Below are positions 1-13,615 of a stretch of 64,000 nt of DNA, piece by piece; position 1 is the stretch's first letter, and each line of letters begins with the position of its first letter. The DNA lies in contig NC_043011.1 in NCBI RefSeq assembly GCF_006345805.1, forward strand, positions 7,750,001-7,814,000, in the 5' to 3' direction. Source of the DNA: Octopus sinensis (taxonomy: Eukaryota). A program made the position numbers and the translations under genes. Below the pieces are notes generated by a model. It saw only the letters and a program-made list of their open reading frames with translations, ran no database searches and was not told where the DNA came from.

Positions 1-952
1 GAGTAATAGTAATTACAACAATATATTACTTTATGAATCGATGAATCATTATGATCGAATCCCTAAGGTAAATCGATCAAGGATACTCTAGTCAATCAGT
101 ATCTTAAGTAATGAACAAATCACCTTTGTAATCGATGGATCGATCTTATTTCTTTACTACCCACAAGGGGCTAAACACAGAGGGGACAAACAAGGACAGA
201 CAAACGGATTAAGTCGATTATATCGACCCCAGTGCGTGGCTGGTATTTATTTAATCGACCCCGAAAGGATGAAAGGCAAAGTCGACCTCGGCGGAATTTG
301 AACTCAGAACGTAACGGCAGACGAAATACCGCTAAGCATTGATCGATCTATCAATCTCTGAATCAATCAATCACTGAAGGGAATGGTAAAATCGATCAGC
401 TGCTAATGTATCACCTGATCTTTGATAAAATATTAGAAAGGAAAGAAAAAGTATGAAATAAGTTAGAGAGAAAGGGAGAGAGTGAGAGGGAGAAAACAGA
501 CGAGAGAGAGAGAGAGAGAGAGAGAAATGTGGAAGAGTCGAGGTGGGAGGTGAAGGGAAAGAAAGGAGAAAAGGATAGAGAAAGGAATAAAAGTGATGGA
601 GAGGGGAAGTAGTGGAATAAGTTATGAAAGGAGTGAATGAGGGGGAGGGGTAAGGTTTGATAAGATGGGGTTAGAGAGATAAAGGATAGAAAGTGAAGGA
701 AAAAGTTATGGAGATAGAGAATGAAAAAAATGGTTTAGAGCAGAATATGGAGTCGTAGAGGTGGCTGTTTTGGTGAAATAAAGTAGTGATGGCGCGAATG
801 AAGTTTTAATGTTGGTGGTTTTAAATTGGGGGATTAATTACAGAACAAGTATCCTTCAAATACTGTAGATTAGTCTTTTACAGATTTCATTCCTCCTTCA
901 CACACACGTATGAAAATGTGTGTATGTGTGTATATATATCTCTGTAAGTGTG

Positions 953-1022
<70 letters not shown>

Positions 1023-1179
1023 CTGTCGCTCATAAACAAGAAACTCCGAGTGACTACAAAGCAAATCATTTGCCGTTTTCAAATATTGTGGACGCGCGCT
1101 TACAATGCTAGTTCTGGAGAGTTCTTCATTGTTAAAGTTCTGTTCGAATCTCGTTTGGACCCAGTAGCAATGGCCATAT

Positions 1180-1582
1180 ATTTCTTTATTGCCCACAAGG
1201 GGCTAAACATAGAGGGGACAGACAAGGATAGACAAATGGATTAAGTCGATTACATCGACCCCAGTGCGAAACTGGTACTTTATTTATCGACCCCAAAAGG
1301 ATGAAAGGCAAAGTCGACCTCGGCGGAATTTGAACTCAGAACGTAACGGCAGACAAAATACCTATTTCTTTATTACCCATAGGGGGCTAAACACAGAGAG
1401 GACAGACAAGGAGATTAAGTTGATTACATCGACCCCAGTGCGTAACTGGTACTTAATTTATCGACCCCGAAGGATGAAAGGCAAAGTCGACCTCGGCGGA
1501 ATTTGAACTCAGAACGTAACGGCAGACGAAATACGGCTACGCATTTCGTCCGGCGTGCTAACGTTTCTGCCAGGTCGCCGCC
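1180..1582 (-). mobile_element. SINE A dimer (one head, two bodies)
   Basis: Two ~180-bp body units and a single tRNA head; flanking direct repeat CAGTAGCAATGG at 1162-1173 and 1587-1598. Confidence 0.85.
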
Positions 1583-2617
1583 TTCTCAGTAGCAATGGGA
1601 CTAAGGAATATGTTTACTTTTTCTCATGAAGCGACGGTAATTGGAATAAAGTGAAGAATTTATCTTCTGCAGTATTTAAAAAAAATCTTCATTCATTTCT
1701 GTTGACTAATGGCCACGATCACAGACCACTCTGAGTTTTTTTGTTTTTTTTTTTGCGTTTAGCTCACTTTAGTTTTACATACTTGCATACGTCCGTGTGT
1801 GGCTGTGTGATAAAAAGCTTACTTCCCAACCATATGGTTCCGCGTTCAATCCCCGGCAAGGCACCTAGAGCAAGTGTTTTCCATTGTAGCGATGGGCTTA
1901 GCAAAATCTTGTGAGTTGAAACTGGTAGACGGAAACTGAAGGAAGCCCGTATGTGCGTGTTTGTGTTTGTTCCTCATTACTCCGTTCGACAAAAAAAAAA
2001 CAGAATATCAGGTTTAAAAAAAAAGTATTGAGTTCGACTTGTTCGACTAAAACCCTTCAAGATGGTGCCCCAGCACGGCCGCAATATAATGACTGAAACA
2101 AGTAAGAGGTAACGGGAACCATATAAGGTTATAATTAATATTTTTAAAACAAAAATAATAATTGAGGAAGAATGGTACCTAAGCGTCATCCAGTATCATT
2201 ATGCTCTTGGTAGGCAAAATGTTTTGTAGATAACTTGTATATCTTTACATAGTACCGCCCGAGACAGCCTCGGTCGTTCAGTCCTGAAACGAACGATATC
2301 ACAAGAATCGTACTAACTTTGTTGACATTCATTTTCAATATAAGAGAGAAAACTCTAAGCCCTTTTTCAATCAGGGACTGGGATTTTGACTAAGAAATTT
2401 TTCAAGAGAAAGTTAAGAGTTAATGCATGCATACAATATGATTTGTTTTACCTGTTTCAGTTATTAGACTGCGGCCATGCTGGGGTACTGTCTGTTTGGA
2501 AAGGTTGAGTTGAACAGATTGACCCCCGAACTTATTCTATCGTCTCTTTTGCTAAACTCCTAGGCTAGGGGGATATAAACAAACCAGCATCAGCTATCAA
2601 GTGATAGGGCGCACACA

Positions 2618-2660
<43 letters not shown>

Positions 2661-3047
2661 CGGGCTCCCAGTTTCCGCATGCCAAATTCACTCACGGGTT
2701 ACAGAAGACATACGGGGCTATAATAAAAGAAATTTGCCCAAAGTGCCGCGCAGTGGAATTGAAACCGAATCTACATGTTTGAAATGAAAGCATTTTAATT
2801 ACACAGTTAAGGTTTATAATAATTTTGTCCAGTATAAGGTTTAGTATACTAAACTATAACTACTAAAATTTACAAAGAGCGTTCGTTGATATTCAAGGAA
2901 TCTGTGGCGAGTATTCAGGTCAGATATTCAGTTTAGGAATAACCCCCAACCCCTATATTACGAAGGCCCAGAAACAACAAGTCAGAGACACTCTCCTTTA
3001 TCGTCTGACTCTTCCATTAATAATAATAAAAAGTATATTTTATTGTG

Positions 3048-3242
3048 GCGTCAGTGCCAAGTAGTGACGAACTCAAGGTTAGTTAAAATAAGTTTGTGAC
3101 ATATAACTTCTAAAGGTAAATTCTCTCTTAAGGTGAAAGGTGTAAAAACACCACACCTGCCTTTAGAAGTTAAAATATGCCACAAACATATTTTGACTGA
3201 CCTAAAGTTCGTTCATTCCTAATCACTGCGTGGCGCTGATGC
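3048..3242. repeat. Imperfect inverted repeat
   Basis: ACGAACT..AAAATAAGTTTGTGACATA..AACTTCTAAAGG pairs with CCTTTAGAAGTT..ATGCCACAAACATATTTT..AGTTCGT; outer GCGTCAGTGCCA/TGGCGCTGATGC. Confidence 0.75.
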
Positions 3243-4553
3243 TGTCTACTCGCATAGCTGTCTACTCGCATAGCTCAATCACTGATGTTGGGTTGCTTTT
3301 TTAGTTAAAAATACTGTTGAATCTGCTCAGGGTTATCTCTCTTCAGTATTTCCCATTAAGGAAGGCTAAAGAGCCAGAAACACGCGTCTAGGAATCAGGT
3401 ACAGAAAAGCACTGGCTAGATATGATGTTTTACACTATTTGCCATAAGAGAGAATTTTTTTCTTCATGGCAACTGCGGTGAATATTTCTATATTCTGAGT
3501 TCAAATTTCAACAGGGTTTATTATTACCTCTCATGGTTGTAAGATCTTTCAGATTACTAGATACCAGTAATTCACGGGCGAGAGGGTCGGTAGTTAATAA
3601 ACTATAATCTTCTTCTGCATTTACTAAAATTAGTCTTGTGCCAAGACAAAAGAAATAATTACTCAATATTTGTATTTCTTTATTTTATTTCTAGTTTTAC
3701 CGTTTTTTCTCTATTTGTGCTTAGAATTGTTTGATCTGAGAAAAAGAGAGTGACTGTGTGTGTCTGAATGCGTGTGTATTTGCGCGTTCGAAAATATTAT
3801 TATTCTATAATAGACCCCTTTTCTGACGGCAGTAGTATTTGATTATTTTAGCTTGCTCACTTCCTGGAGATCACATGACTTCTGCCCTCCATGTTTAATG
3901 AGCAAACCCACTTTCCGGCAGTGACCAAGCTTCCATTCTTTTACGTTCGTTAGCCTCTCTCTCTCTTTCTCCTCTCTCTCTTTCTCCCTCTCTCTCTTTC
4001 TCCCTCTTTCGCTCGATTCCAACGGAAACTTTCAACGTAGTCTGCAATTAGAATCACAGTTTTCTTCTGCCGATTCTCTATTATTTAGCAATTAAAACAC
4101 GATTTCGAGCGAGATGATTAATAATGGCGCTCTTATAGAAAAATTATCCTTTGCGTATGAAAGTAGCAATTAACGTATTGTATTCTGAAATATTTCATTT
4201 CATTGTAATTGGTAATATTTTTAATATATTTCAATAATATTGTTAATAGATTATCATTATTATTATTATTATTATTATTATTACGTTGTCTTAACGATCT
4301 TTTCACAAGGCAATCATACACGTTTACATACATACATACGTGTGTGTGTGTGTGTGTGTGTGTGTAGTCACGTGGGGGAGTCTTGTTGGTCATCTACTGA
4401 ATATTTTTCGCCGCTTTTATCCAATAATTTATTTCTGTTTTTCTTTTTTTCCACTTTCTTTTTTTACTTTTCGAAAAGTAAATAAAATCAAATTTAGATC
4501 TTTCGAGATTTATCTTCAACCAAATCACTCTTCCCACCCCTACTTGTCTGCCC

Positions 4554-4584
<31 letters not shown>

Positions 4585-4774
4585 CTTCTCCACTTTTCTT
4601 TTGTTTCTCCAAGGTTAACTTGGAACTAAACAACAATAATAGTTAACATGTTTATTTTAAAACAATTTCCATTCACGTGCACGGTGAACAGTGAGTTATC
4701 AAGCTTTGTAATCGGTGTCCTGAAGTTATGAACAAAAGCTTCAAACTCTTATCAAATTCATTGATCCGGTGTAC

Positions 4775-4822
4775 CTTTTACTGAGGAGACACAACGGTGT
4801 CAAAACACCGGGTGTCCTAAAG
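4775..4822 (+). ncRNA. Type I hammerhead-like motif (G12A)
   Basis: UUUA-CUGAGGA-GACAC-aacg-GUGUC-AAAA-CAC-cgg-GUG-UC|cUAAA. Confidence 0.65.
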
Positions 4823-7491
4823 TCCTCTCACTCCAACGACAACTATCCAAACTACTATATTCAATAACAATGGAGCCATTGCATGCCTTCAATTATAATT
4901 CTACCGAGGTTGGCTTTGTCTTTCATCATTTCGGGGTCTATAAAATAAGTACCAGTTGAGAACTGGGGGTCGATGTAATCGACTACTCCACCTCCTCTGA
5001 AATCGCTGGCTTTGTGCCAAAATTTGAAACCAATATTGCAGTCGCCACGAATTTTACTTCTGGTTCCAGCCTTTCCTTGTTGTTGAACCTCAAGTGATCC
5101 TTGGTCGACCAACTCTATGATGAAAAAACATCCCACCACGACCATCCTGTCTATATTTCAAATATCATGAACTTTATATAATTTAGCCTTCCCTTTCTAA
5201 GACTTTACGCTGTGGTTTGAGAAAATTTAACTTTTATTTCTAGCAGGTTATATGACCGTTTAGTGGGTTCCTCATTCACTAGTTTTATTGATGATGATAA
5301 TGTTTATTTCCGGTTCAGCCCAGCTGATGCAGACATGGTCAAAGATATTCCAGTTACAAAATATCGCCTTTTTCTGACTCTGTATTTTGATCTATATTAT
5401 TCAATGTGTCCATTTTGTTTTCAAGATAGCAGAATGTAATTTTAGTGAGACCTTGCCGTTATTTCTTGCATGTCAATTGACTGTATAGGGTTTTCTTGTT
5501 GGAAGCTCCTCCTTCCTTAAATAGATATCAATGTTACTGGAAAAGTCCAGTATGTAGTAAATTACTATTATTAGAACTGGTGGTAACATCTTCAAATTAT
5601 TTCGTGTCCTTTGTAGCCATAGCAACGCGGAATGGGCAATCGCTTTCCGGATTAACAGTTTGTCTCGCAGACTCCACCGTGTTGTATTGTGAGAAAATGT
5701 ATTTTACTATAATCTCGGGTCGATCAAAGTCTTGTGAACGAAACTGGATAGATGGAAACTTTGTCGAAGCTCATCGCATGTATTCTGTGTAAACTGTGGC
5801 GCTTTCCTAACGAAAGATACCAACTTTTCTCGGCGCTGAAATCGTAATAGCCCTGGATAAGAGTTGGCTGATGTCATGGGATTATTCGTGTCTGTTTATT
5901 GTCGTACATGCTCTTCAGTATTTTTATTTTCATTTGTAGTGTACACAGTATAAGTATGCAAAGCCACGAGGATTAAAATAATGAGGTGTAGATATATTTT
6001 AAACACTTTCTACACACTAAAACTTGAACGGTATTCAGAGAATTTTGTCTCGAAAATCAAATTTCTCCCTTAAGGTGTTTTGTGCATTGATACACCAAGC
6101 TCCAAATTCCGAGTGACACGGTGTTTCAACTTTATTTTGCCTCCTCAGTGATAAATACTATCTCGATCATTTGGAACCATACACGAACTTATGAAAGAAC
6201 AAACACATCAAAAAAATACACATACACACACACGCATATATACACACACACACACGCGCACACACACACACATTTTGTGTCTAGGTTTTCTGTAATAGAG
6301 AAACGAGGGACGCTGCATTAAGCAACAATAAAACAAACACATAATTCACATCTCTAGTTGAGATTGGTCCGATTCTTTACTGCTGAAATCTCCTTCATAT
6401 GTGTACCCTCACCCTCACCGTCACCCAGGTTCCATATGTTGATAACTGAATGCAAAACGGTTTAACATGTAAGTTTAGAATTCTGGAACCGAGAGACTTT
6501 GTATAGTTATGATAGGAATTCACCACTGTGCACCCTGTCTTCATAACTCCATAGCAGTCCATTCTCTTCTTTAGCCCCAGATCAGCCACAATCGAGCAGA
6601 TTTATAGTAAAATAGGTGAGGGCGTGACTGTGTGGTAAGTAGCTTACATCCCAACCCCGTGGTTCCGGGTTCAGTTCCAGTGTGTGGCATCTTGGCAAGT
6701 GTCTTCTACTATAGCCTTGGACCGCAGTCTAATAACTGAAACAAGTAAAAGAGGTGTGTTGCTTTTGTGATCGCATCGACATATATTCAGACACAGTGTA
6801 CCTACGATTTGGTGGTGGGGAGGAGGTTTTGCTGTTATTTCTAGCAGGTGGAATTACCATGTAGAGGTTCCTTCCCTTTACAGATGAAATTTTGTCAGGT
6901 AGGTGAAATTTCACAAGGTGAGTAATATTATTTTCAATTATTTCATGGATTCTTGCAATAAAAAAGGAAATGTGCCACTTTTTTCATCTTCCGTCGAACT
7001 TCCAAAAGCAGATTGAACACGAAATATAAACGAATTTGGAATACGAGATTTCTAGATCAACTGTTGAACATTTGATAATATTTTATATCTTTTTATGTCG
7101 TTGTGTTATTACCGTAAACTTAGTCATCGGGTAGTCTGGGGAGGTGGTGGATAGGATGACAACGTGGTTCGTTGCATTGAAAGAGTTTTACGAACAAAGA
7201 GGTGTGCATGAAAGGAAGTGGGTTGTGTCCAGAATCGAACCGCTATCGCTGACTTGGTACCGTTTACGGTTGATCTAATACGCATTGTTGTTCCTAATTG
7301 ATTGAGAAATACTTTGGACTGGTCAGTAGTCAAAGACCAGTTAATGTAAGATAGTAATAAAGCAGCGAACCGGAAGAATCGCCAGCCCGTCGAGCAAAAT
7401 GCTTAGCGGCATTTCGTCTGTCTTCTTGCTTTGAGTTTAAATTTCGCCGAAGTGGACTTTGCCTTATATCCTTTCGGGTGTAATAAAATAA

Positions 7492-8090
7492 ATATTTCTT
7501 TATTGCCCACAAGGAGCTAAACACAGAGAGGACAAACAAGGACAGACAAACGGATTAAGTCGATTATATCGACCCCAGTGCGTATCTGGTACTTATTTAA
7601 TTAACTCCGAAAGGATGAAGGCAAAGTCGACCTCGGCGGAATTTGAACTCAGAATGTAAAGACAGACGGAATACCTATTTCTTTACTATCCACAAGGGGC
7701 TAAACACAGAGAGGACAAACAAGGACAGACAAATGGATTAAGTCAATTACATTGACCCCAGTGCGTAACTGGTACTTATTTAATCGATCTCCGAAAGGAT
7801 GAAAGGCAAAGTCGACCTCGGCGGAATTTGAACTCAAAACGTAAAGACAGACGAAATACCTATTTCTTTACTATCCACAAGGGGCTAAACACAGAGGGGA
7901 CAAACAAGGACAGACATAGGTATTAAGTCGATTGCATCGACCTCAGTGCGTAACTGGTACTTAATTGATCGACCCCGAAAGGTTGAAAGGCAAAGTCGAC
8001 CTCGACGGAATTTGAACTCAGAACGAAGCGGCAGACGAAATACCGCTAAGCATTTAACCCAGCGTGCTAACGTTTCTGCCAGCTCGCTGC
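7492..8090 (-). mobile_element. SINE A trimer (one head, three bodies)
   Basis: Three ~185-bp units joined at GAAATACC|TATTTC. Confidence 0.85.
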
Positions 8091-8722
8091 AAGAAACTAA
8101 ATGCCAGTCGAGCACGGGCATCGATGCAATCGACTTACATCTTCCCCGAACTTGCTTGCCTCGTACCAACATTTTAACCAATATAAATAGTAAAGAAACG
8201 GAATGGAGGTTTCGTAAAGAATTTTTACTGTGTTAGTGATAAGTTAGTGAGAAACATGATCAGTCGTTAGTAAGGAAGAGTTGCAGAGTTCCGATATATT
8301 TTACTTTCATTTTCTAATCAGAGGGGAAGGCAGATCTCATCACCCTTCACAGTGACACCGAGACTAGTCGGAGGGAGGGAAGGAGGACGGTGTGGTTAAG
8401 AAGCTTGTTTCCCACCTGTGTGATATTGCCAAGGAAGTCACCAGGTGTAGTTTGAATCGGGATGATTTAGCTGCTATTTCTAGCCGTTCGAGTGCCTGCG
8501 TTACGATCATTCATCTTTGATCCTTTATATCAAGGGTGAGTTAAAGGCCCCAGATATTAATATATAACTGTAGATTACTTTATTGACCTCTGAAAGAATA
8601 ACTTGATGTTGTTATTGGTTTATACTTAGAGTAAATGTCTTCTACCTTGATCACGGGCCGACGGATGCCTTGCGAATGAATTTGCTAGACGGAAACTGTA
8701 TGGAAGCCCGTCGTGTATCTAC

Positions 8723-8784
<62 letters not shown>

Positions 8785-8792
8785 ATGTGTTT

Positions 8793-8840
<48 letters not shown>

Positions 8841-9320
8841 GTGTGTATAGCAGTACTCCTAGCTTGACTTATACAGTAAGAACCAGACTTAAAGCCTAAG
8901 TACTGGGGCCCATCCGTTCGACTAAACCCTTCAGGGTGGTGCTCCAGCATAGCCACAGTCCACTGACTGAAAACAAGTAAAATGTAAGAATACAGAACCG
9001 GAGCTCTGGTCGCGTATTGCAACAGAGTAGTGGTGAGCGCTAAAAGTACCCAAGGTACCGGCTAACGGACTAAGTCTACCCCATCAATTATACCAAAACA
9101 CGATTTGAACTTAGAACCCAAAGATTCGGAATAAAGACCGTAAGCTATTCGGTCTGACATTCTTAGAGTTCTACTGATTCACATCTTTGGACTGCTGCTT
9201 TTATTTGTTTTTATCGACCCCGATAAGACGGGAAGGCAAGTTTGATATCGGGTTGGTTTGAACTCAGAATGTCCATTATCAACACAGATGCCACGTGGCA
9301 TTCTACCCGGTGTTCTAACA

Positions 9321-9510
9321 CAGTGGCTCTCAATCTTTTTAATATTCCGACCACATCCAAAACCTGGGATCTTTTTCAGGAGGCCACACCAAAAGCACAA
9401 GTCAATTAAAGGAAAAATGATTACATTTAAAGAGGGAAGAACATCGAGAGCCGCCGGAAGGATGCTTGAGAGCCGCATACGGCCCTTGGAGCCGTCGTTC
9501 AGAACCGCTG
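9321..9510. mobile_element. hAT (Charlie-like) MITE
   Basis: TIRs CAGTGGCTCTCAA / TTCAGAACCGCTG; degenerate 8-bp TSD ttctaaca/ctctaata; homologous to 55682-55895. Confidence 0.75.
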
Positions 9511-9584
9511 CTCTAATAACTCTGTCAGTGGCCAGTTTTTATTAAGGAAGAATCTCAGAGTTACGTCTGATATTGGTTGTTCGC

Positions 9585-9952
9585 TGGACGAAATGCTTAG
9601 CGGTATTTTGTCTGACGTTACGTTCTGCGTTCAAATTCCGCCGAGGTCGACTTTACCTTTCATCCTTTCGGGGTCGATAAATTAAGTGCCAGTTACGCAC
9701 TGGGGTCGATATAATCGACTTAATCCGTTTGTGTGTCCTTGTTTGTCCTCTCTGTATTTAGCCCCTTGTGGGTAGTAAAGAAATAGATATTTCGTCTGTC
9801 TTTACGTTCTGAGTTCAAATTCCGCCGAGGTCGACTTTGCCTTTCATCCTTTCGGGGTCTATAAATTAAGTATCAGTTGCGTACTGTGATCGATCTAATC
9901 GACTGGCCCCTCCACAAAAAATTTCGGGCCTTGTGCCTAGTGTAGAAAAGAA
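9585..9952 (+). mobile_element. SINE A dimer with two different 3' tails
   Basis: First unit ends GTAAAGAAATAG; second ends GGCCTTGTGCCTAGTGTAGAAAAG. Confidence 0.8.
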
Positions 9953-10455
9953 TGTGATCAACGTTTTAAGAATGAAAGTTGAAGATTTGGGTTTCGTTTA
10001 GTTCTGGGTCGATTCATTTTGAGCAGATTCAAGACTGAAGGCGTTCCGGTCATGACCATCCAAATTTTTATAGACGTACTTATATGATTACAAACCAGTG
10101 TGTCCTCCCTTTTAAAGATGGTACAGTAACTTGGCGCATCGAACAAAATGTTTTGTAGCATTTTTCCAGCTTTCATCTTTACATTAGACTGCGGTCATAC
10201 TGAGGCATTACCTTGAAGAATTTTCAGTCGAATGACTCGACCTTAGTACTGATTTTTCTTTCTAATGACTGGTACATATTGTATCAACCTCATTCGCCGG
10301 ACCGCTAGGTTACGGGGCCTTAAACAACACACAAAGACACACACACACACATACATACACACACACATATATATGTATATATATATATATGTATATATAT
10401 ATGTATATATATATGTATATATATATGTATATACATACATACATACATACATACA

Positions 10456-10491
<36 letters not shown>

Positions 10492-12936
10492 CGCGACCGA
10501 CTTTTGGTCTCCGTGTACCAAATCCACTCGCAGGGCTTTGATTGACCCTATGCTGTAGTAGAAGATACTTGCTCAAGGTGCCTCGCAGTGGGACTGAACC
10601 TAGAACCATGTGGTTGGGAAGCAAGCTTCTTACCACCCAGCCACGCCTGCACTTTAATTCCGTTAAACTCTTTTTTTAATACCAGGCATTATCTGGCCAC
10701 ATATAAGTGTGATTTGAGGGAAATTCGACTAATATTTCTAGCAAGGCTTTCATGTTGGTTCGAATTTTTAACCAGTAATACACTGGGGTTGTTTCAATGA
10801 ACTGCAACATATTTGATCGTGTACTGCTAAAGCAATACTATATTTTAATAATTGTTCTACCCGGAAGTTATTCCTTGTCCAATAGAGCTGTTATAGCTTT
10901 CCAGCTGTGACCATCCTGCCTTTGTATATCATAACCTGCATTGTTTAGTGTTTGTGTATTTTTGTTTTACTAAAGATTGTAAGATGCGATCTTGGGGAAA
11001 CTTATCTGCTGTTTCTACCAGGTCACATAACAGTGTATGAACTCCCCACCACACTGCTAAAAATTTAATTACACTGCAGCGTCCACCCCTACCTCGATAT
11101 AACGAGTAAGTCCCAAGTGAACTGAGACAGCAATGTTACTACAAAGATCAAGAGACGTATGTAAAAGATAATCCAGTGTTTGTCTAGAGCAAGAAGGTTG
11201 CAAGGTGTTCCGCCCTGTTGTACTCCCACTTGAACATCAAAAAAAGCCTGCATCACCACCGAGGGATCGCACCAACGGTTTTGTATTTTTATACAGTATC
11301 GTGACTGCATCCGTTGTCTTTTACAAACTTCTGGAACTTAATAATGTATTGGGAAGGTAGCTGTGGCATCGGAGACGTAATTTAACTGGTAGTTTGTCCA
11401 TTCTGTAAGGATGACAGGAAAATAGATCTTGGTGAGATTTGAACTCATAGCTCAGAGATCCACAACGAATACCACAAAGCGCTTTGTTCTACAATCTAAT
11501 GGTGCTGCCAATTTACCGGAGGTAACAGTTGAGTATTTTTGAGTCATTTACGAACGGTGCCAAATCAGTTTAGTTCTTTGTCTCGATATAAATGCAAACA
11601 ACTGTTACCAAATTTCTGAACAATCATAAGAATTTCTAGCGTTGCGATTCTTTTTCTAAGTCGTAATAGTCGCAGGCGTTGCTGCGGAGTTAAGAAGGTC
11701 ACATTGCTACCACGTGGTTTCGAGTTCAGCAGTCCCACTATGCGGTACCTTGGGCAAAGGTATCCTACTATAGATCCGGGCCGAACAATGCTTTTTGAGT
11801 GGATTTGCTAGACAGAAACTCCGAGGAAACCCGTGATAGATATATGTGTGTGTGTGTGTGTCCTCCTCACACCATTTTGCAACCGGTGTTGATTTGCATA
11901 CATCCTCGTAGCTTAGTGGCTCGGCAAAATGAACGATAGAATAAATACAAGACCTTAGAACATAAGTACCGGGGGCCGATCTGTTCGACTGAAAGCTCTT
12001 CAAGAGAAGCGCTCCAGCATGACCGCAGTCCTATGAGAGAAACAATTACAAAGTAAAAGATGAACGATAAAAAGAGATTACGAATTGCTTGCGCAATCGC
12101 ATAGCACAATTTAACTTTAGAAAAAACACACAACAAAGTAAAAAAAAAAAAGACGCCATGTTTTGCTTGAGAACTAAAAATACTTAATTTTTTTTCGTTT
12201 TCATTTCTTTCTTGAATAACTCCTTAAAAGCACAAAAACAAACTCTGTGGCATATTTTTCCTTCGTGTATTTTGTAATTTTCTTTTTCTTCCACAAATAT
12301 TTTCTGCTCTGCCCACAGTATTTGTACATGCATCATCTCAACGACTCTTCATTTCACACCAGATAGGTTTTCTTTCGGCTTTGTGCTGTCATTCTCTCGT
12401 TGCCATAATGTCATATATCCAACAAATAAAAAGTCAAGAAGAGTTGAACAGCTTTTTCAGTTAACGACCTATTGCCATACGACATGGTGACCTTATACCT
12501 CAAGCTACTCAATTTTCTCAACTTCGAAAAGAGACAAAAAAAAGGAAAAAGAACGAAACAAATGTAAAAGACACCCTTTTTCAACCCTCGTTTCATTCGA
12601 CACCTTTTCGTGACATTCGAAAGCAAATGTGCACCGCCGTGTGTGTGTGGAGAGAGAGTGAGAAATGAGCCTCGTGTTGGGGGGAGATAAACTAGAGTAC
12701 GTATACGCACGTGCACACAGATCCATAAGCACACACACACGCGCGCACACACACTATATATATATATATACACACACAGAAACACATGTATGTATATATG
12801 TATATATATATACACGCATATGCATATATGCACATAAGCATGTATATGTATGTATATATATATATATATATGCATATATACATATATGTACACGTACATA
12901 AGCATATACATACATTCATAAATATATGCATTAAAT

Positions 12937-12978
<42 letters not shown>

Positions 12979-13335
12979 CACGTCTTATTGTGATAGGATC
13001 AATTGCAATGGATGTGTTAGGTCTTGGATTATTTTGAGAATCGGAACCCCACCCCAGCGCCTACCTCCGGCATTAACAAAACAACTTCTAGATTTCTTTT
13101 AAATAACACTTCTTTCTAACTGTCAAATGATAATGCAATTGTCTACAATTAACTGTAAATCGAGATTAACCATGTATTATGTAACAAATCGTAAGCAATT
13201 ATTTTCTTTGTTGTTCGTAAGACGAAATGGAGTGATGATGTCAAAATTAATTGCATTTAAAAACAAACCAGGATTTCTTGCATAACAGAAATTTTGAGAC
13301 ATTCATAAAAAGAAAAGAAAACCGTTTAGAAATGT

Positions 13336-13615
13336 AGGATAAGTCACCCTTGGAAGTTCTTTGATAATAAGTTTACTCAATCCAAATGCCTCTCAAATAA
13401 CAACTTAATATAAAAAGAGCTCCCTTGTTAATGTAGTTATAGATACACAGCGTTTGGAAATGAATCACTGAGGATAGTCATTATTGGAAGGTCTTTGATA
13501 GAAAATTTACTCAATCCATAAAACTTTCTTATAACAACTTACTGATTTATATAAGTAAAAATAGCTTCTTGTTCAAAGTGGTTTTAGATACACGACGTTT
13601 GGAAATGAATCTGTG
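13336..13615. repeat. Diverged ~135-bp tandem duplication
   Basis: TTGGAAG.TCTTTGATA..TTTACTCAATCCA..ATAACAACTTA..TAGATACAC..CGTTTGGAAATGAATC occurs twice. Confidence 0.8.
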
